IMG/VR virus record: IMGVR_UViG_3300040751_002080 | Coordinates: 1-64,000 of that record | DNA length: 64,000 bases | Source of the DNA: a virus | Taxonomy: Duplodnaviria; Caudoviricetes | Direction: 5' to 3' (one strand) | In this document: positions 20,089 to 29,738 of the stretch, piece after piece | How positions within the stretch are numbered: position 1 is the first letter of the stretch | Layout: each line of letters starts with the position of its first letter | Program-made: the position numbers and the translations under genes | The notes under the pieces: generated by a model | What the model was told of the DNA's origin: nothing | The model's database searches: none | What the model saw: only the letters and a program-made list of their open reading frames with translations

Positions 20089-20831
20089 ACAATTCTTCCA
20101 AATCCATAATATCTTTCTAAACAAAAGAAACAATAGTTACAATGAACCAGATCATCATGAGTGTATCTAGGAAAATCTTCACAACTGAATGTTAGTGGAT
20201 ATAGGTCTTCAAATACTCCATATTGATGATATAAATCATTTACAGCTCTTTTATCAGATTGAATAAATGGTCTTACTGATGTAAATACCGGGCCGGTAAA
20301 TCCGCCATCTTGATCCATCCCTTCTCCACGCTGAATTATGTGACTATGCCATTGCACAGTATCTCGTGTTTTATCTCTTTTAATATCTATGTGATAGTTT
20401 ACTCTTTCTAAATCTAACTCAAACTTATGATTATTGTCTACAAAGAATTGTTTAAATTTATCTACAGGCGGATTTAAAGTTAGCCCAGAATAACTAACTT
20501 CAATGTTATATTTACTTATTGCATCGTTTGTTAATATTCGAATCCCTGCTTCGTATTCGTGTCCAAGAAGCTGACTATCATGTTTATCATGGTAAAGTAC
20601 AATACGCTCGGTAGGATATTTGCCTGTCATTTCGCCAACTTTTTTGATTATATTATTAGCACCATGACTGTACCACCATTTTAATTTTGTATCTAGTGTA
20701 AGTGTATAAATTTCGACATCTGGTTGATCTTTATAGTGATCACACACTGCATAATAAATAATAGCACTATCTGCTCCGCCACTTAGCTTTACTGCAACTC
20801 TTTTTACACCTGGTTCAAAATATATTTCCAT
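20085..20831 (-). CDS. QueC-like PP-loop ATPase
   Basis: LSGGADSA, RPF...DK, TFSC..HCNYCFFCLER. Confidence 0.75.
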   Translation of the reverse strand: MEIYFEPGVKRVAVKLSGGADSAIIYYAVCDHYKDQPDVEIYTLTLDTKLKWWYSHGANNIIKKVGEMTGKYPTERIVLYHDKHDSQLLGHEYEAGIRILTNDAISKYNIEVSYSGLTLNPPVDKFKQFFVDNNHKFELDLERVNYHIDIKRDKTRDTVQWHSHIIQRGEGMDQDGGFTGPVFTSVRPFIQSDKRAVNDLYHQYGVFEDLYPLTFSCEDFPRYTHDDLVHCNYCFFCLERYYGFGRIV

Positions 20832-21754
20832 TACGATCTTTCCATTTTTTCAACTTCGTTAAGACCTTTATCAGTTCCACGTTCATCAAATATACCTTCA
20901 ATTAGAAAACGCAATGGTGTACGTACACCAAACTGATGAGTTCCATCATCATCATCTAGCCAGCCAACATGTATACTATTTGATTCTTTTAAACTAAAAT
21001 CTTTACATACTTTACTATATAGATCTCCGTAATTTGCCCACCAATAATCAGGACCAAAGTGTTTCATTGCTTCTACACCTATCCACATATCGCTAACATT
21101 TGCATAAGCAAAATCATTCATAATGCTTATAGGTCCTACAGTTTTTTCTTTTGTATACCGTATACCTATACGTTGACTACCCATACCTAGTGCTTTTGAC
21201 AAACTTACGCTAACACTTTTTATTGCAGGATGTGTGACATCAAATTCAAAGTTGCGACACTGCCCAAACCATGCTCCGTCAATGTGAACCGGTATATCAT
21301 GTTCATCACAATAATCTAATAACAAATCAAAATTATCGTGATAGCCGGTAGTAATACAACTAGGATAACTTACAATAAAAACATCTCCTTTGTTTAGTTG
21401 TGTATAATGCGTTATTTGCTTTACATTAAAATCTGTTAACCGTCTATGATACTTATATTCTCCTTTGTACGTAGCTATATTAGCACCGTGCAGCTGATGT
21501 AGTTCATCTAATTGATGTGTAGTGCCAAGTATAGCGTCTCTGCGTTTAAAGTTTTCTAATCCTGTGTATTTTATGTGTTTATGTGCATGTATCCAAGCGT
21601 CTACTTCTTTAAGAAAAACTTCTGTATAGGCATGTGGATCTTTTGGATAATCGTTCATACTTAGATTTTGTCTAAACTTTGTAAACTTACTAAGGTACAT
21701 AGGACGTTGTCGTCTTGTTCCTAGCATATCAAATGTTATATCGTTATATTCCAT
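20831..21754 (-). CDS. Fold-type I PLP-dependent enzyme
   Basis: VHIDGAWFG (PLP Asp), SLSKALG (Schiff-base Lys), RIG. Confidence 0.72.
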   Translation of the reverse strand: MEYNDITFDMLGTRRQRPMYLSKFTKFRQNLSMNDYPKDPHAYTEVFLKEVDAWIHAHKHIKYTGLENFKRRDAILGTTHQLDELHQLHGANIATYKGEYKYHRRLTDFNVKQITHYTQLNKGDVFIVSYPSCITTGYHDNFDLLLDYCDEHDIPVHIDGAWFGQCRNFEFDVTHPAIKSVSVSLSKALGMGSQRIGIRYTKEKTVGPISIMNDFAYANVSDMWIGVEAMKHFGPDYWWANYGDLYSKVCKDFSLKESNSIHVGWLDDDDGTHQFGVRTPLRFLIEGIFDERGTDKGLNEVEKMERS

Positions 21755-22445
21755 CTATTCTCTCTTTGATATATTTAAATATTTTTATATTTGAATCAAT
21801 CCCTGGGTGATCAAAATCTCTTGCAACATCAATATAAAAAATATCATCGGCATTGGATGGATCAAATATTGAAAAATTTACAAAAGATATATTATGTTTA
21901 GCAAGCAACCAATATGTCTGGCATTGTGATATTTCGCTATATTGTTGTAAACTTTCCATAGTTTCTGTTGCTTGTTTTAAATCAGTTGATTGCAATCTAG
22001 TTGTTCCATAAAACAGCCTAAGTTTATTAGGCCATTGTAATATAACTATCTTTGGTAGTTTGTATCCACTATTTAATAGTTGTAATAAATTATCTTTTAT
22101 AAGATTGCACGATCCTCCTGAAACTCCAAGGTTTAATACTGGTATATTATAATGAGATTCTAGTAAGTCGGTATACCTATGTTCTTTGTGCAGAGAATGT
22201 CCAAACGTATGACTACAACCTAATGCTAATATATAATCAGTATCAGGTGGCAAAACATGATTGCATCTATATCCAAATTTATTTATAGTATAATCTATAG
22301 GATTTTTAAAATAAAATCCGTCCTTATAAGTTTTTATCTTTTTTTTATTATGATAAAATAACTTTTCTTCATTAGCATCTTGAAATAGAAGAGATTTATT
22401 ACAAAAATTTGAAGTGCTTACTGTAAGAAAGGGATCTATATCCAT
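21744..22445 (-). CDS. SGNH/GDSL-like hydrolase or acyltransferase
   Basis: ALGCSHTFG, NLGVSGGS, DFDHPG. Confidence 0.68.
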   Translation of the reverse strand: MDIDPFLTVSTSNFCNKSLLFQDANEEKLFYHNKKKIKTYKDGFYFKNPIDYTINKFGYRCNHVLPPDTDYILALGCSHTFGHSLHKEHRYTDLLESHYNIPVLNLGVSGGSCNLIKDNLLQLLNSGYKLPKIVILQWPNKLRLFYGTTRLQSTDLKQATETMESLQQYSEISQCQTYWLLAKHNISFVNFSIFDPSNADDIFYIDVARDFDHPGIDSNIKIFKYIKERIDGI

Positions 22446-23335
22446 TTTTCAACTACCGCATCTAACTTACAAGGACATGCACGATAATCACATATTATTG
22501 GATCATCGGGCAATGTATACTTGCCTGTTTTAATATTACCTAAACTTCCGCCGACACCTTTGGTACAGCGTTTGATATTTCCATCAGGTTCTACCATTAG
22601 ACGTCTAATACCTGCTGTACAAGACCATCCTGTAAACTTATGTAAGTTTTGATCTAATACTTTCATAAACTTTATTGGTGTTCCGTCATAATGTAAGGTT
22701 TGTGGTATTTTCCAATCAATACCAAATGGTTTCATTTTATTACAACTATTATTTTGTATCCAGTCTCTTTGTTCTTCGGTATATTCAAAATAACTAGTTC
22801 CGTCAATGCTGGTTCTAGTAAACTTTGGGGTTATTTCAACATTAAGCTCTGATAGTCTTTCGTATAAAATTTTAGCTCTCTCATAGTTGTCAGGTACAAT
22901 CATTAGAGGAATACTTACACTTGCTTTATGTTGCATTATTTTAGCAACTTCAACAAAATGATCGTCGTCTGCTTCTTCTGCATGCCAGCTTAGAAATACA
23001 AACGACCTTTGTGCTTTAAAAGATTCCCAATAACGAAGTGTCCGGCTTGCATTTGTAGCATATTCAACAAACACATCTTCGTCACTGATAGTATCAACAA
23101 ACTCTTGAAACTTAGGCCAAACAGTAGGTTCGCCGCCTAATATTTCTACATAAACATATTTGTTTCTTTTTTTAACTTCTTGTATTAAATCAAGATATGG
23201 TTGCCAGTTTACGGGCCAACGATGGCTTCCGTCTCTATGATAATCATTACAATAACTACAACTAAAGTTACATACATTATGAACAAATAAAGTTAATATA
23301 CAACAATCAAGGTTTTCATTAGTTATTCTCATCAA
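22436..23335 (-). CDS. Radical SAM protein with C-terminal Cys module
   Basis: CNFSCSYC, GGEPT, CTAG..RC..CDYRACPC. Confidence 0.9.
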   Translation of the reverse strand: MMRITNENLDCCILTLFVHNVCNFSCSYCNDYHRDGSHRWPVNWQPYLDLIQEVKKRNKYVYVEILGGEPTVWPKFQEFVDTISDEDVFVEYATNASRTLRYWESFKAQRSFVFLSWHAEEADDDHFVEVAKIMQHKASVSIPLMIVPDNYERAKILYERLSELNVEITPKFTRTSIDGTSYFEYTEEQRDWIQNNSCNKMKPFGIDWKIPQTLHYDGTPIKFMKVLDQNLHKFTGWSCTAGIRRLMVEPDGNIKRCTKGVGGSLGNIKTGKYTLPDDPIICDYRACPCKLDAVVEKWI

Positions 23336-24668
23336 ACAAATCCTTGTATTGTGGAACTATATCTAATACATTTTGATTACGTATTTTATCAAGCCGATTG
23401 GTTGTGTCGATAAATGTTGGAAGATGTTCACTATAATCTTCGCTGTACATAAAGCGTTCAACTTTAGTTAATATATCAACAAAATTATTTTTTATTTTTT
23501 CATTGTACGATGTACTATCAATCCATTGTTTGTGTTCAAAAAATGTATCACTTACTTTATCCTTTAAATACTGAGGCAATATTTTAACATTATAATGTTT
23601 TGGAGCATGACACATGTGATATGTTATAATAGGTTTAGCAGTAGTAACTGGATTAAACTTTTCTAATCCACTTTCTTCTAACTTCCAACGCATAAAATCT
23701 GGCAAATGAAAAAGATTTAATGGAGTTACTGTATAAGTAAACCAACCTTTTAAGTTTATATTTTTATTTTTTTCTAATAACTCCATATTTTTATATACTT
23801 TGTTCCAATTTGCAGGAGCTCGTTGATAGTTAAACACATCGCCATATCCGTCAATACTAGCACCTATACGTATTTGTTTAAACTGTTCCCACAACTTAAT
23901 AATACCAGGGGTAACATTTGTTAAGTTGCTGTTATACTCAATTTCAATATTACTGCTGTTTCCATTTGCTACCAATCTTTCAAGTAATTCTAAATGTTCA
24001 TCAATGATTAATGGCTCGCCACCAACAATGTACATACGTTTTGTATTACCTGTGTGTTTTTCAAACTGATTCCAAAACCAGTTGCTTTGTTTAAACCAGT
24101 TATAACTATCTGTTTCCCATCTACCTTTGGAGTTTTTTTCTAACACAACAGTACCATGAGTGTCGTTAAACTCTGGTTTGCCTTTTAACTTTACATAATC
24201 ATTAAACCATGTATGACTTTCTGTTGGCCCGCACATTCTACATTTTAGATTGCAGAAGTTTCCATAACGAATATCAAAAAACTCTATTGGTTGAGCATTA
24301 GTATCAATACTGCCATCGTCATTTGTAACAGCTCTAGCTGCTTCTACATCAAAATCACCGCTGTATTCTCCCCATTCTAATACTTCGTGTTCTCTTCGAC
24401 TTTTAATACCGTTTATTTCTTCTTGTCGGCAACGTTCACACTCAGGGTGCCATTCATCATTGAGCATCTTTAATCTAACTTCATTTAATAGTTCTGCGTT
24501 CCTTGCATCGTCTATTTCATGTTTGCCTATATTATAGGGTGTTCCGTCGGCTTTCCTAACTATACCTCTATTCTTAGTATAGCTATTGGTGTTACAACAT
24601 ATGCGTATATCGCCGTTGTTTCTAATATTGATACTATTCCACGGCATAGGACAAAAAGTTTTACTCAT
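23319..24668 (-). CDS. Radical SAM protein with N-terminal twitch-like module
   Basis: FCPMPW..ICC..CERC, then CNLKCRMC, GGEP. Confidence 0.9.
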   Translation of the reverse strand: MSKTFCPMPWNSINIRNNGDIRICCNTNSYTKNRGIVRKADGTPYNIGKHEIDDARNAELLNEVRLKMLNDEWHPECERCRQEEINGIKSRREHEVLEWGEYSGDFDVEAARAVTNDDGSIDTNAQPIEFFDIRYGNFCNLKCRMCGPTESHTWFNDYVKLKGKPEFNDTHGTVVLEKNSKGRWETDSYNWFKQSNWFWNQFEKHTGNTKRMYIVGGEPLIIDEHLELLERLVANGNSSNIEIEYNSNLTNVTPGIIKLWEQFKQIRIGASIDGYGDVFNYQRAPANWNKVYKNMELLEKNKNINLKGWFTYTVTPLNLFHLPDFMRWKLEESGLEKFNPVTTAKPIITYHMCHAPKHYNVKILPQYLKDKVSDTFFEHKQWIDSTSYNEKIKNNFVDILTKVERFMYSEDYSEHLPTFIDTTNRLDKIRNQNVLDIVPQYKDLFDENN

Positions 24669-26040
24669 CTTTAGGTTCTGTATCCTTTAATAAATCGTAA
24701 AGCTCTGGAATATAATCTTCAATACTATGGTTACGTATCTTATCCAATCTACGAGTTGCTTCCCAAAACTGCGGAAGTGCATCGCTAAAATCTTTAGCAT
24801 ACATATAACTGCTGTACTGATCTAATAGTTTTATTACTTCTTTTTTAGAAGCTTCTTTTCTATGATCTGGCCAATTTGTGTCATCGATTAACTTTGTAAG
24901 ACGTGGTTTATATTCTTCATACTTGGCATGAACTGCATCTTTTGCAAACTTGGGCAACATACGCATATTTAGAAAACGTGGACCGTGTAACGGATGCGGA
25001 GTTATTACTGGTCTCCAGTTATCATCGTTTACTTTTGGCATTTTGTTTAAAATAATCCATTCCATAAATTCAGGAAAATGTAATGCATTAAAAACATTGA
25101 TAGTAGCAGCAATCCATACTTTATAGTTGCCTTCGGCTGTTGCAAACTTTTGTAAGTTTTCGTGTATTTTATCAAAATGACTCGGGTATCGCATGTAATG
25201 ATTTATTTCTCCAATACCGTCAATACTAGCACCAATATTGATGCGTTTAAAATGTTTCCAAACATCCCATGCACGTTGCGGAACATTTGTAAGATTGGTA
25301 TTATACTCTACAATAATTTTATGAGCATGTCCTTCGTCTACACACTTTTGTAAAAATTCATAATGTCTGTCAATCATTAGTGGTTCGCCGCCAACAATAT
25401 AAAGTTTTTTTATTTCACTAATATTAGCGTCCATTTGTTCCCAGTAATGGTCGCTTTGATGCCAATCGTACACATTTACATCTGGTTCAAACTTGCCTTT
25501 AGCATTTTTAACAAGGTTAACAGGGCCGTGACTATCTTTGTACTTAGGTCCCCAAAGTTTAACCTGGTCTTCATACCACATACTACTATCAGTTGGTCCG
25601 CACATACGACAACGTAAGTTGCAAAGATTACCAAATCTTACATCATAAAAACTACAGTCAATTTTATCTACATCAATAGTGCCATCTTCTTGTGTATGAG
25701 ATAATAACTCATCCCATTTATAATCACCTGTGTTAATCCAAATTTCATTTTCATAACTTTGACGACTACGCATGCCTGCTTCGGATTCTGTTTGACAACG
25801 AACACACTCAGGATGCCATTTGTCTTCCATCATATATTGACGTATTTCTTTGCTTAACTTACTGTTTCGTGTATCTTTAAGATTAGCAGTACGAGCATTA
25901 TAAGGTCGGCCTGTATCGTCTTTGAGTGTGCCGCCTGTTGGTCCATGTTGTGCTTGACAACATACACGAATATCGCCATTAGCACGGAGACTTTGACTCA
26001 TCCATGGAATTGGGCACAACGTATTACTGTTACAGGTCAT
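24661..26040 (-). CDS. Radical SAM protein with N-terminal twitch-like module (tandem paralog of 23319)
   Basis: LCPIPW..VCC..CVRC, CNLRCRMC, GGEP. GGAG SD upstream. Confidence 0.9.
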   Translation of the reverse strand: MTCNSNTLCPIPWMSQSLRANGDIRVCCQAQHGPTGGTLKDDTGRPYNARTANLKDTRNSKLSKEIRQYMMEDKWHPECVRCQTESEAGMRSRQSYENEIWINTGDYKWDELLSHTQEDGTIDVDKIDCSFYDVRFGNLCNLRCRMCGPTDSSMWYEDQVKLWGPKYKDSHGPVNLVKNAKGKFEPDVNVYDWHQSDHYWEQMDANISEIKKLYIVGGEPLMIDRHYEFLQKCVDEGHAHKIIVEYNTNLTNVPQRAWDVWKHFKRINIGASIDGIGEINHYMRYPSHFDKIHENLQKFATAEGNYKVWIAATINVFNALHFPEFMEWIILNKMPKVNDDNWRPVITPHPLHGPRFLNMRMLPKFAKDAVHAKYEEYKPRLTKLIDDTNWPDHRKEASKKEVIKLLDQYSSYMYAKDFSDALPQFWEATRRLDKIRNHSIEDYIPELYDLLKDTEPKDE

Positions 26041-26061
26041 TAATGTTCTCCATTATATGTG

Positions 26062-26068
26062 TATTTAA
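26062..26068 (-). promoter_or_regulatory. Possible late-type promoter (TTAAATA)
   Basis: Lies in the 44-bp intergenic gap just upstream of the SD of 26040. Confidence 0.35.
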
Positions 26069-26084
26069 CTATTTGGTTATAATA

Positions 26085-27230
26085 TTAAAACTGATCTGGT
26101 GTTATTAAATGTTCCAACTTGTTCCAAAGCTCACTATTTTTATCCATCCAATGTTCTTTTCTAATCTTGTTTAACTGAGCATCATTTCTTAAAAACAATC
26201 CAAAGTTGCCAGGCTGTTTAATCTCGTGTACAAGCTGCGCAAATATTTTACGGTATAGCACAGTATAGTTTTTTTCAATGCTTTGTAAATATTCTAAAAT
26301 CCAAGGTTTTATATCTTCGTGCAAGTTACGTGGTTGCATCCACTCCGGTCCGTCAATAACCACACACTCATGATACAATTCTTGCTCGATACAAAAATCT
26401 AATATCTCGTGTATCTTGTTTACATTGTATATACTAAATGCACTATGCACATTTATGTGTTTGAAATGTTGTTTATACCATATGAGATTGTTGTAAACTG
26501 TGTCCCATTTACTATCTTTGCGAAGAAACTCATTGAGCTCTCCATAACTATCAATACTCAAATCAATGTGTACTTTTTTGCATTGCTGTAATAGTTTGAC
26601 TAGTTGTTCATTTGGTAATATACTTACGTTTGTTACTAGTAATATACTCAACTGACTGAGATTGCATTTGTTAAGTACTTTGATCAACTTATCTTGTTCC
26701 ATCATTGGCTCGCCGCCGAGTACTTTTATAAACTTCAAGTCAGATAAATCATAATGATTGACAATGGTGTTGTCTGTAATAATGCCTTTTGGTATTTTTC
26801 GACCAAGTTTTCTAGCATCACTGTACCAATGTGTACTAAGTTCAGGCATACACATTCTACATTTATTATTACACACATTACTTAGAGCCAAATCAATGTT
26901 TGTAAGTTTTTTTATCTTTCCTCTACCCTCTTCGTCAGTGGGTAAACCAAAATCTCCTATAAGCCTGCTGTGTATGTCGGTACGCATACTTCTAGCACTG
27001 CTTTTTTCATCATCATAACACTTTTTACAGCCGTGAACATACTCATCTCTGGACATTTTTTGTCTAAGATAGTTCATATATTCGTGATTGAACGGATCCG
27101 GGTGCGCAACATTTAAATCATCCGGAACTTCTTCTTCTCTAAATACGCAACACGGTCGTATTTGACCGTCAGGACGCATTGCCATGTGATGAAATGGCAG
27201 CGCACATGCATATTTTGGCATACTAGGCAT
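26085..27230 (-). CDS. Radical SAM protein with N-terminal twitch-like module
   Basis: CALPF..PCC..CKKC, CNNKCRMC, GGEP. Start is probably 27230 or 27221. Confidence 0.88.
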   Translation of the reverse strand: MPSMPKYACALPFHHMAMRPDGQIRPCCVFREEEVPDDLNVAHPDPFNHEYMNYLRQKMSRDEYVHGCKKCYDDEKSSARSMRTDIHSRLIGDFGLPTDEEGRGKIKKLTNIDLALSNVCNNKCRMCMPELSTHWYSDARKLGRKIPKGIITDNTIVNHYDLSDLKFIKVLGGEPMMEQDKLIKVLNKCNLSQLSILLVTNVSILPNEQLVKLLQQCKKVHIDLSIDSYGELNEFLRKDSKWDTVYNNLIWYKQHFKHINVHSAFSIYNVNKIHEILDFCIEQELYHECVVIDGPEWMQPRNLHEDIKPWILEYLQSIEKNYTVLYRKIFAQLVHEIKQPGNFGLFLRNDAQLNKIRKEHWMDKNSELWNKLEHLITPDQF

Positions 27231-27777
27231 ACCAGTTCTCTGATTGCATCGGATCAATGCTTAATTCGTTGATGTTTAAATGCTTAGGCTGATCAACTAT
27301 CCATTTTATATACTCAGCAGCTAGATTAATATCCATAGTTTTTCTGTCTGGATGCTTTGCTTGATTGTTATCAAGTGTTCCGAGACTGATGTAACTTATT
27401 TTAGGGCCGCTTGCCCATATGCCAGTAAGCCCTAACGTATTGCTATAATCACGCAATGCTTTCTTTTCAGCATTGTATAACCATGCGCCGCCTTTTTTAA
27501 CTCTATCAGTAGTACTGCCTATGTTGATAATATGACATTGGTGATTTTCAAGTATGCATTTTTTATAAACAATATCAAGTAAACTGGTTTGATTGAATCT
27601 AAACAGCGCACTACAGTTGATAAACACATCATGATGTATTACTGCTTCGGCACATCTTTCCATATCAACTTTTTTACCAAAGTCATAGCCAGTACTTCTA
27701 CTAATAAATTCAGCATCAGGATAAATCTTTGCCAATGCTCCAGCTACGCCTGTGTCTTTGTTACCCGTTATGATCAT
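27223..27777 (-). CDS. Short-chain dehydrogenase/reductase (minimal)
   Basis: IITGNKDTGVA, FINCS, IINIGS, YNAEK. Confidence 0.78.
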   Translation of the reverse strand: MIITGNKDTGVAGALAKIYPDAEFISRSTGYDFGKKVDMERCAEAVIHHDVFINCSALFRFNQTSLLDIVYKKCILENHQCHIINIGSTTDRVKKGGAWLYNAEKKALRDYSNTLGLTGIWASGPKISYISLGTLDNNQAKHPDRKTMDINLAAEYIKWIVDQPKHLNINELSIDPMQSENWYA

Positions 27778-28915
27778 CTAATACTCCTATGTCTATGTGA
27801 TTGTCTAATACGTTTAATAGTTTGTCTGTTTGCATACTCTTAGGCGCACATAATCCGCAGCCACATGTTTGTTTTGGACAAACAATAGTAGGCATTGTTC
27901 CAGATTGCATTTGTTTTCTTAAATCGTCTACTAGTTTTTTACCTTCGCTTATTTTTCCTATTGCGCCACGTGTGCCATTAAACTTTGCTTGACATGTTTG
28001 ATGATGGAACACTTGATCTGTTTGCTGTTCTAAATGTAGGAAGAACCAGTTGACACTGCATTTCCATCCTTTAAACTCTCTAAAATCTACAAATGTACTT
28101 TTACGTTTTTCTGTACCATTGTGCAACATCATGTCTCTACTACCACAGCAAGGACGGCCTATACTACTTCCTAGTTTTTTTGCATTTTTTACAACATCAC
28201 CTACTGCACTACTAGCATATAGCGCATCATTTTTTTGCTTCCAATAGTTTTTCATCCACGCTAGTTGCTCTTCGTTGTACTGATGAGCAAAGCTAGGCTT
28301 ACTATCGGGTTCTTCACCAATAACTCGTGGTACAAAATCAACACCGTGTTGCTGCAAAAACTCGCATAGTTCCTTGCACTCATCAAAATATTCTGCGTGA
28401 AACATAACATTCACACTAACTGTACACTCGTACATATCACCTTGATAATGCAACTGTAATATTCTATCTTTTACTTGTTGTTTGAGTTTGCCATCGCTTT
28501 CACTATGATAGCTGATAGTAGCGTGACAAAAGTTTTCCATTATTGCTTGGCCCATTTTTTCACTAAATGCGCCATTGCTTGTAAGAGCAAAATCAGCTTC
28601 CCACTTGTCTTGATATTTTGCTTCGTATTCTTCTTTTAGATATTTTGCAAAAGGAATAAAGTGAGGATTGACTGTGGGCTCACCTCCTGTAAATCCAACG
28701 TTTGCTTCTTTGAAGTTGCGATGTTCCATGTATACGTCAATGTATTCAAACAGGAAATCTACATTGGCCTTTAGTTCATCCAATGTAGCATGTTTACTAA
28801 AGTTGTCATGTCTGTGTATTGGGCAATAACTACAGTCATAGTTGCACCGTCTTCCGAGATCCCACGTAACCTGAAACAACTTTCCAGTTAACAAATCGAT
28901 AGTATCAAAGCTCAT
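27761..28915 (-). CDS. Radical SAM protein (paralog of 17061..18257)
   Basis: WDLGRRCNYDCSYC, TGGEPT, GRPCC, CPKQTCGCGLC. Confidence 0.9.
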   Translation of the reverse strand: MSFDTIDLLTGKLFQVTWDLGRRCNYDCSYCPIHRHDNFSKHATLDELKANVDFLFEYIDVYMEHRNFKEANVGFTGGEPTVNPHFIPFAKYLKEEYEAKYQDKWEADFALTSNGAFSEKMGQAIMENFCHATISYHSESDGKLKQQVKDRILQLHYQGDMYECTVSVNVMFHAEYFDECKELCEFLQQHGVDFVPRVIGEEPDSKPSFAHQYNEEQLAWMKNYWKQKNDALYASSAVGDVVKNAKKLGSSIGRPCCGSRDMMLHNGTEKRKSTFVDFREFKGWKCSVNWFFLHLEQQTDQVFHHQTCQAKFNGTRGAIGKISEGKKLVDDLRKQMQSGTMPTIVCPKQTCGCGLCAPKSMQTDKLLNVLDNHIDIGVLDDHNG

Positions 28916-29738
28916 TTATTTCCTCAATGACAGATTTTACTTGTTTGTCTGCCCAATCTCTTTCTTCACACCACCAACACTGTTTGCATTCTGGTATATA
29001 CATTCCTGCACTGTAATCTCTAAAATGTCCACAAGACTCTTTTATATTTTCCATATGATTTATATCGCCTTCACAACTACGTGTTGTATTGTACAAATCT
29101 AATATATTATGTATGTGGTATTGTGCTACAATCCAATCTTTTTTTACAAATCTAAAAGGATGGACAAATGTTGATTTTACTTTTCCGCTGTAAAACCATA
29201 AATCAGTTAGTTGTCCATCTTCGGCATCTTTGTCTCTATTGGTCATACGGTCTTCACGCAAGTCATCTGGATTTTTACTTGTAGCATTATATACTGCATC
29301 CAAGTTGTATTCCCATGCTGCAAACTTGTTGTAACTTCCTACTATAATCTGATCGCCACTCTTGCCGTTGATACTTGCTCCTATTACACCGTGTTCTATT
29401 TCAGGCGGAATATATGTTGTGTATCTATTTTCAATAATATAAGGAAACATGTCTTTTAGTTTGTCAAATACTTGTAAACTAATATAGCCTTGCCAAGGTC
29501 TTGTTTCCCAACAACGTTGATATGTAATAACATCTACTTTTGTAGTTAGATTGTTGCGTTGTATGATTGTACACAATAAATATGTTAGCAATGCACTATC
29601 GGCACCACCAGAAAGATTAATGCCAATACGCTGCCATTTTTCATCAAACGGAATAGTTAACTTACTAAAAGTTGTAAGCAGTATATCATTAGAAATATTT
29701 TTATATAACGAGTTGTTTGTATCAAACATTTCGTACAA
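28905..29738 (-). CDS. QueC-like PP-loop ATPase
   Basis: LSGGADSA, HPF, TRSCEG..CKQCWWCEER. Confidence 0.75.
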   Translation of the reverse strand: MYEMFDTNNSLYKNISNDILLTTFSKLTIPFDEKWQRIGINLSGGADSALLTYLLCTIIQRNNLTTKVDVITYQRCWETRPWQGYISLQVFDKLKDMFPYIIENRYTTYIPPEIEHGVIGASINGKSGDQIIVGSYNKFAAWEYNLDAVYNATSKNPDDLREDRMTNRDKDAEDGQLTDLWFYSGKVKSTFVHPFRFVKKDWIVAQYHIHNILDLYNTTRSCEGDINHMENIKESCGHFRDYSAGMYIPECKQCWWCEERDWADKQVKSVIEEINEL

